Shown here one piece after another: positions 58,478 to 64,000 of a stretch of DNA of 64,000 nucleotides (positions within the stretch are counted from its first letter, which is position 1; each line of letters starts with the position of its first letter). The notes under the pieces were generated by a model. The model ran no database searches and was not told the DNA's origin. It saw only the letters and a list, made by a program, of their open reading frames with translations. Both the position numbers and the translations under genes were made by a program. The DNA comes from Planctomycetota bacterium (GTDB lineage Bacteria > Planctomycetota > MHYJ01 > WSZJ01), in the NCBI GenBank assembly GCA_038060895.1, contig JBBTCT010000009.1, positions 336,082-400,081 of the forward strand, written 5' to 3'.

Positions 58478-59158
58478 CTAAAACACAAACACGTTTCCCT
58501 TGTCCCGCAGGCTTTCCCACTTTTCCGGCTCAAACCGGAATAGCTTGGCCGGCCGGTGCGGCCCTTCCCGAGCCGTCTTTGTGAGCGGCTTCAGGATCTT
58601 GAGCGAGAGCAGCTTCCTCCGGAAGTTTCGCTTGTCGAGTGGCCTGCCGAGAATCGTCTCGTAGGCGTCCTGGACGCTCTTCAGGGTGAATTCTTCCGGT
58701 AGCAGACGGAAACCGACCGGCGAATACTCGAGTTTGTAGCGGAGACGCTGGAGGGCGAACTCGAGGATTTTCGCGTGGTCGAAGGCGAGAGGCGGGAGCA
58801 TTTCCATCTCAAACCAGTGGCCGCCGCCCGGTTGCGGGGCAGGAGGGCGAGTCAGGGCGATGTAGGCCACGCTCACGACATGGCCGCGCGGATCGCGGTA
58901 GGGTTCGCCGAACGTGTAGAGCTGCTCGAGGTAGACGTCGCGGAGGCCGGTTTCGGATTCGAGGATCCGCGCTGCGGCGTCGTCGAGTGATTCGTCCTTC
59001 CCGACGAATCCGCCGGGAATCGCGTCGCGGCCGGCGAACGGCTCGATGCGGCGATCCACGAGGAGGACTCGCAGGGACGGTGCGTCGAGCGCGAAGACGA
59101 TGATCTCGGCAGAGAGCCGGATTTCCTGGCGAGGGAGGGCTGCGGCGAAGCGAGGCAT
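58478..59158 (-). CDS. nrtR: NrtR transcriptional regulator (degenerate Nudix plus wHTH)
   Basis: PGGFV..DESLDDAAARIL.SETGL, YLEQLYTFG, RDPRG, LAFDH, LDKRNFRRK, HRPAKLF. Confidence 0.92.
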   Translation of the reverse strand: MPRFAAALPRQEIRLSAEIIVFALDAPSLRVLLVDRRIEPFAGRDAIPGGFVGKDESLDDAAARILESETGLRDVYLEQLYTFGEPYRDPRGHVVSVAYIALTRPPAPQPGGGHWFEMEMLPPLAFDHAKILEFALQRLRYKLEYSPVGFRLLPEEFTLKSVQDAYETILGRPLDKRNFRRKLLSLKILKPLTKTAREGPHRPAKLFRFEPEKWESLRDKGNVFVF

Positions 59159-59163
59159 TCCGG

Positions 59164-60852
59164 TCAGTCCTTTTTCCTGCGCCGGGGTGTCCGGGCGGGC
59201 TTCGTCTCGACGCGCAGTTCAGGCCGGTATTTCTGGGCGATTGGAAGCCGCCGGCCTGCGCCGAACGCGCGGGGAGTGACTTTGAGACCGGGCGGCATCT
59301 GCCGACGCTTGTACTCGTTGCGATCGACCAGCTTCACGACCTTTGCGACCGTCTCCGGGTCAAATCCGCGCTTCACGATCTTCGCCGGGTCTTCGTCGCG
59401 CTCGACGTACCGGGCAAGGATGGCGTCGAGAACCGGGTACGGCGGGAGCGAATCCTGGTCGGTCTGGTTCGCGCGGAGCTCGGCGGTCGGGGCCTTGGTG
59501 AAGACGCGCTCGGGAATCAGCACTTTCGCGCGGTTGGCGTGCCGGGACAGCTCGTAGACGAGCATCTTTGGCACGTCGCTGATTACCGCAAGGCCGCCGC
59601 ACATGTCGCCGTAAAGCGTGCAGTACCCGGTTGCGAGCTCGCTCTTGTTCCCCGTGGTCAGCACCAGCCAGCCGAATTTGTTCGAGAGCGCCATGAGCGT
59701 CGCTCCACGGATGCGCGCCTGCAGATTCTCCTCCGTCACGTCCGGCGCACGTCCCGCGAAAGCCGGCGACAGCGCGTCCAGGTAGGCGTTGAAGGGCCCT
59801 TCGATCGGAATCGTTCGGGCATCGACCCGCATCGCTTTCGCCATGAGGGCGGCGTCCTCGTTGGAGGCGTCGCTGGTGAAGCGGCTCGGCATGAGGACAC
59901 CGTGGACGCGGTCGGCGCCGAGGGCCTCGACGGCGATGGCGGCGACGAGGGATGAATCGATCCCGCCGGAGAGGCCCAGGACGACCTCCGTGAAGCCGCA
60001 TTTGCGGACGTAGTCCCGCAGCCCCAGGACGAGCGCGTCCCAGACGGCGGCTGTTTCTTTCGCGGGTTGCGGGCGGATCAGGCCAGGCCCTTCCTCGAGA
60101 TCGACGACGATGAAGTCCTCCGCAAAGGCCGACGCGCGAGCCAGCAGGCGACCCTTCGCGTCAAAAGCACACGATCTCCCGTCGAAGATCAGGTCATCGT
60201 GGCCGCCCACCTGGTTCACGAACACGAGAGGCGCTTTGCGCCGTTTCGCGATCGACGCGAGCATGTCCTGCCGGAGAGCGCCCTTGTTCATCCAGTAGGG
60301 AGAAGCGCTGATGTTGACGAGGGTTCGGGCTCCCTTCCTGGAGAGTTCGGCCATGGGGTCCAGGGCGTAGCTGCGCTTCGACCAGTACTCCTTGTCGTTC
60401 CAGGCGTCCTCGCAGATGGAAAGCCCCACTTTCTTGCCATCGATGGAAGCGACGCCGTCGGGGCGACCGCGTTCGAAGTAGCGCTCTTCGTCGAAAACGT
60501 CGTAGAAGGGCAAGAGGGACTTGTGGGCTACTCGGACGAGGCGGCCGTTGTCGAGGAGGGCGGCGGAGTTGAACAAGGGGCGACCGGTCCCGGTGTTGGG
60601 CTGAGCGAACCCGACGACGGCCGCAATGTTGCGGGAGGCGCGGCGGACTCGGTCCAGGGCGCGCAACTGTGCCCTGATGAAGTCCTGCTTGAGGAGGAGG
60701 TCGCGGGGCGGATAGCCGGTGAGGGAAAGCTCGGAGAAGACCACGCAGCGGGCGCCGCGTTCGCGGCCGTGCGCCAGGGCGCCGACGATGCGGTCGGCGT
60801 TGCCGGGGATGTCGCCGACCGTGAAGTTGATCTGGGCGAGGGCGATCTTCAT
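59164..60852 (-). CDS. nadE: Glutamine-dependent NAD+ synthetase
   Basis: Nitrilase-like domain (ELSLTGYPP, VFDEERYF, SICEDAW) plus LGLSGGIDS, ENLQARIRG, TGNKSE, YCTLYGD, NEYKRRQ. Confidence 0.96.
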   Translation of the reverse strand: MKIALAQINFTVGDIPGNADRIVGALAHGRERGARCVVFSELSLTGYPPRDLLLKQDFIRAQLRALDRVRRASRNIAAVVGFAQPNTGTGRPLFNSAALLDNGRLVRVAHKSLLPFYDVFDEERYFERGRPDGVASIDGKKVGLSICEDAWNDKEYWSKRSYALDPMAELSRKGARTLVNISASPYWMNKGALRQDMLASIAKRRKAPLVFVNQVGGHDDLIFDGRSCAFDAKGRLLARASAFAEDFIVVDLEEGPGLIRPQPAKETAAVWDALVLGLRDYVRKCGFTEVVLGLSGGIDSSLVAAIAVEALGADRVHGVLMPSRFTSDASNEDAALMAKAMRVDARTIPIEGPFNAYLDALSPAFAGRAPDVTEENLQARIRGATLMALSNKFGWLVLTTGNKSELATGYCTLYGDMCGGLAVISDVPKMLVYELSRHANRAKVLIPERVFTKAPTAELRANQTDQDSLPPYPVLDAILARYVERDEDPAKIVKRGFDPETVAKVVKLVDRNEYKRRQMPPGLKVTPRAFGAGRRLPIAQKYRPELRVETKPARTPRRRKKD

Positions 60853-60870
60853 AGTGTCGATATTACACTA
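60852..60870. promoter_or_regulatory. NrtR-type operator overlapping the nadE -10 and start codon
   Basis: Perfect arms TAGTGT-N7-ACACTA (GT-N7-AC core typical of NrtR sites). Confidence 0.85.
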
Positions 60871-60893
60871 ACTCGTGCGCGCGGACCGTTCCT

Positions 60894-63800
60894 TCATTTC
60901 AGGTCGATGGCGTACAGCGAGAAGTCGTCGCACCCCATGAGCGCCTCTGGCGTCCCATCGCCGTCGAGATCCTGGAGCGTCAGACCAAACTCGCAGCGTG
61001 CGCCGAGGTCGAAGCGCCAGCGCTCGGCGCCGGTTTCGAGGTCGAGCCGGAAGACCCGGCCCGCGTAATCGACGCCCACGACGGCGGCCGTCGGCGTGCC
61101 GGGCAGGTTGACCACTCCCAGGGCTCCTCCCGTGCAGTTTCCGGCCTTTGTCCAGAGAGTGGTGCCGTCCCGATGGAGGCGGGCAACGCCCGTCCGCGTG
61201 CCGATGACGAATCCGCCGTCCGGAAGGGGGATTCCGGGATCTGAAGAGCCTCCCACGCCCGGCCGGCGCGCGCGGATGGCGCCGTCTTTCCCCAGGAAGA
61301 CGATTGACTCGGTGCAGGGGACCGCGATCTCGGGCTTGCCGTCGGCGTCGAGGTCATGAGCAAAGGGAGAGCCCCAGGTCCTGTCGCCGGTGGGGGCAAC
61401 CCAGAGCGCGCGGCCATCGAGCGACCAGGCCCCGACCCGGGCATCACTGGCCTCCGCCGAGGCGAAGGCCGCAACAAGCTCCGGCGTTTCGTCCCCCTCG
61501 AGGTCCACGAGCAGCGGGGCCTGAAAGACGGGCTGGGGAATTTCCACGGACCAGAGCGGCTTGTCTTCCCCCATCCTCCGCGCGCACAGCGTCAGCGGAT
61601 AATTGAAGAGAATCGCTTCCGGGCGAGGATCGCCGCCCAGGTCCCGGAGAAGCGCGGTCGGGTAGGGTGTGGACGGAATCGGCGTTGAGGCCAGCTCATG
61701 GCCATCGACTCCGCTGAGGCAGACGAGACGCATGAACTGGTTTCCGGTCTGGGTGAACACGTCGGCCGTGCCGTCCCCGTCCCAGTCGGCAAGCGCCGGC
61801 GGATGCATCACGTCGAACTCCGTCCCGTAGCGCCACAGGACTTCGCCCGTTGCTCCGCGCAGGCAGAGCATCTCTGTCTGGTTGTCTCCGCTTCGCATCG
61901 CCTGCGCAATCGCCGGTTCGCCAAGACGACGGAAGGTGACGGGCCTCGCGCGAACGGCGTTGTCGGAGCGGCGCTTCCAGAGGACTCGTGTGGACCGGAC
62001 GATCTGGATGCCGTAGCCGACGAGGACCCAATCCGGGCGGCCGTCGGCGTCAAGTGTGGTGGCGTGGACCTGTTGAGGGGTGAAGTCGAGCAGGACCTCT
62101 TTCCGAAGGCGTCCATCTTCGCCGATCACGACAAAACGATGGTCCCTGGTTGAGAAGGCGAACTCAGGACCGGCCGGGCCGTCCGCGACTGCGGCGCTCG
62201 TTGCGATGCCGGCGCCGGCGTCGTATTCCCAGAGGCGAAGGCCGGTCGTTGACGAAGTGCAGACCATTCGCGTGCCGGCCGGCGAGCACCAGGACGACGG
62301 AGCGCAGGCCGCGTAGATGCTGCCTTCCCCGGGGCGAGGGATGGGGCCGGAAAACAGGCGACGGCCGGTAGCGACGTCCCACGCCGCGAGGCCAGAAGGG
62401 AGGAAGGAGTAAACGGTGGTCGCTCTTCCCGCCGGCGTTTCCGAGAGCCAGAACTCCGCAGGCTGAACGCCGGCGTGTTTCCACGCGATGGATCCGTCGA
62501 GCGGGTTGATTCCGAAGACGTCGTCGGCGGTCGCGCACGGGATCGGGAGGTCGGCCGGGAGCGATTTGAAGCCGAGTTCGTCGCCCGGAAGTCGCAGGTT
62601 GGGTGGGACGTCGATGCGCCATCGTTCGCGGCCGTCGCGTTCGATGCAGACGAGAATGTCGCCGCCGGAGGCGAGAAAGGCGTCATGTCCCAGTGGGGCG
62701 AGTTGAGGCGAAGGGGCGCCCGGGACCGGAATGGCGGGAGCGGGCTCGGAGTCGCCGGCGCGGGCGCGCCGGACTCCCCCGGGTACGGAGATCCAGAGAT
62801 CGGCGCCGAGGGCGACCGGGCGCGGCCACATCGGCACTTCCGAATCCGTCGGAAATTTCCAGGTCCAGAGCTGCTTCTGGCTCAGCTTGCCGCGGAAAGT
62901 GGCGGTGTCCCCCAGAGATTTGCCCGACCAGAGCGTGACCCTCACTTCGTTTCCGTACCGCCCGACTGTTGCGTCGTCCTCAACGCCGTCGCCGTCCCAG
63001 TCCAGGGATCGCCAGCCTGCCCAGCCGACTTCTTTGTACATCCACGTGGAGCGGAGAAGCTCTCCGGTCGCGCCGTTGACCGTGATCAGGTACTGGCTGA
63101 AATTGCCCGCGACGTCGGCAACGCCGTCGCCGTCCGGATCTCGAAGGGCAATGGGGCCGCGGAAGACGTTGCCCGCGCGCCTCGAGGAGTAGCCGCTTGA
63201 AGGGAGAGAAACCCAGGCGGTCGCGGCGGCGTTCCGTTCGACCTTGAGGAAAAGGGTGCGTGACTCGCATCCGCGCCGGCGGAAAGTGACGCGGCAGTCG
63301 CCTGTCGGAAAGGAGTGGTGCCTGAGCGGGAGGCCGTGGACTTCACCTGCGATCTCGGCGGTCGTGCCAGGTTCGTCGGCGTCGAGGTCGAGGTAACCGA
63401 CGGAGCGCGAAAGACGGATGGGAAGGGTGCGGCGCTCGCCGCGTTCGAGGGAGACTTCGGTCGCGAGATCGTCGAATCCGGGCGCGCGGGCCGTGATCGC
63501 GTGACGGCCGGAAGGAATGCGGACTTCGCCTGATGCAGCGCGCCCGTCGATCTCGACGACGGCTGCCGACGGCTCGAGGTCGATCACGAGGGTGCCCGGA
63601 CGCGAGAATTCCCACGCCATGCCCGCGACAAACGCCGCGAGCGTTGCCAGCACGGCTCCGCTCGCCGCCGGGTGGTGCCTCGCCCATCGGCGCGCGCGAC
63701 GGCCGATTCCCGGCGGCCGCACCGAGACGGGATCGCCCGCGATGAATCTCTCGATGTCCTCCGCAAGCGCCTCCGCGGTCGCATAGCGCCGGGAGCGGTC

Positions 63801-64000
63801 CTTCTCGAGCGCTTTTCCGACAATGAGCCGAAGCTCCACCGGGCCTTGCAGCGGATTCGGCTCGTCGTGCTCGATGCGCCCCAGCACCTCGAGAAGTTCC
63901 GTCCCGGCGAACGGCCGCTGGCCGTCGACCATTTCATGCAGCAAAACTCCCAGCGCCCAGACGTCCGTCCTGATGTCGATGTCGTGCACGCGCCCCGCCG
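60894..64000 (-). CDS. Receptor-type Ser/Thr kinase (5' end beyond the window) with PEGA domains and FG-GAP/PQQ-like propeller repeats
   Basis: Kinase C-lobe (TDVWALGVLLHEM...RPF, KALEKDRSRRY), TM helix, PEGA-like units, many DxDGDGxxD/E motifs. The frame stays open to the window edge. Confidence 0.85.
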   Translation of the reverse strand, partial: AGRVHDIDIRTDVWALGVLLHEMVDGQRPFAGTELLEVLGRIEHDEPNPLQGPVELRLIVGKALEKDRSRRYATAEALAEDIERFIAGDPVSVRPPGIGRRARRWARHHPAASGAVLATLAAFVAGMAWEFSRPGTLVIDLEPSAAVVEIDGRAASGEVRIPSGRHAITARAPGFDDLATEVSLERGERRTLPIRLSRSVGYLDLDADEPGTTAEIAGEVHGLPLRHHSFPTGDCRVTFRRRGCESRTLFLKVERNAAATAWVSLPSSGYSSRRAGNVFRGPIALRDPDGDGVADVAGNFSQYLITVNGATGELLRSTWMYKEVGWAGWRSLDWDGDGVEDDATVGRYGNEVRVTLWSGKSLGDTATFRGKLSQKQLWTWKFPTDSEVPMWPRPVALGADLWISVPGGVRRARAGDSEPAPAIPVPGAPSPQLAPLGHDAFLASGGDILVCIERDGRERWRIDVPPNLRLPGDELGFKSLPADLPIPCATADDVFGINPLDGSIAWKHAGVQPAEFWLSETPAGRATTVYSFLPSGLAAWDVATGRRLFSGPIPRPGEGSIYAACAPSSWCSPAGTRMVCTSSTTGLRLWEYDAGAGIATSAAVADGPAGPEFAFSTRDHRFVVIGEDGRLRKEVLLDFTPQQVHATTLDADGRPDWVLVGYGIQIVRSTRVLWKRRSDNAVRARPVTFRRLGEPAIAQAMRSGDNQTEMLCLRGATGEVLWRYGTEFDVMHPPALADWDGDGTADVFTQTGNQFMRLVCLSGVDGHELASTPIPSTPYPTALLRDLGGDPRPEAILFNYPLTLCARRMGEDKPLWSVEIPQPVFQAPLLVDLEGDETPELVAAFASAEASDARVGAWSLDGRALWVAPTGDRTWGSPFAHDLDADGKPEIAVPCTESIVFLGKDGAIRARRPGVGGSSDPGIPLPDGGFVIGTRTGVARLHRDGTTLWTKAGNCTGGALGVVNLPGTPTAAVVGVDYAGRVFRLDLETGAERWRFDLGARCEFGLTLQDLDGDGTPEALMGCDDFSLYAIDLK

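Overview
High-GC bacterial chromosomal window with no rRNA, tRNA, CRISPR array or mobile element that I can support. The many HEAT, WD40, PEGA and kinase proteins, a short HemA and a second DnaA suggest Planctomycetota/PVC (inference). Content in order: a SmtB/CzrA-type ArsR sensor; a sirC-ccsA-hemA-hemC operon; a TsaC/Sua5-arginine-phosphatase fusion plus rpiB; a glutaryl-CoA-DH-like gene; two tandem paralogous ~1100-aa exported HEAT proteins; sdhCAB; thpR-recA-alaS; a Zn-ribbon/kinase/STAS/TPR protein and an exported propeller protein. Next is the canonical rpmF-plsX-fabH-fabD-fabG-acpP-fabF operon, split by two large insertions: a GT-C/GT2/nucleotide-sugar glycosylation cassette and an acyl-CoA carboxylase/methylmalonyl-CoA mutase/epimerase block. 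After that come an amidase, a DnaA lacking its N-terminal domains, a DUF2961/GH172-like protein, an orphan anti-sigma operon, pqaA, a possible orphan toxin-like ORF, nadE-nrtR with an NrtR-type operator on the start codon, and a receptor Ser/Thr kinase truncated by the window edge. Many genes look leaderless (-10 hexamer 6-7 nt before the start codon). All family calls come from motif recognition by eye, not from database searches.
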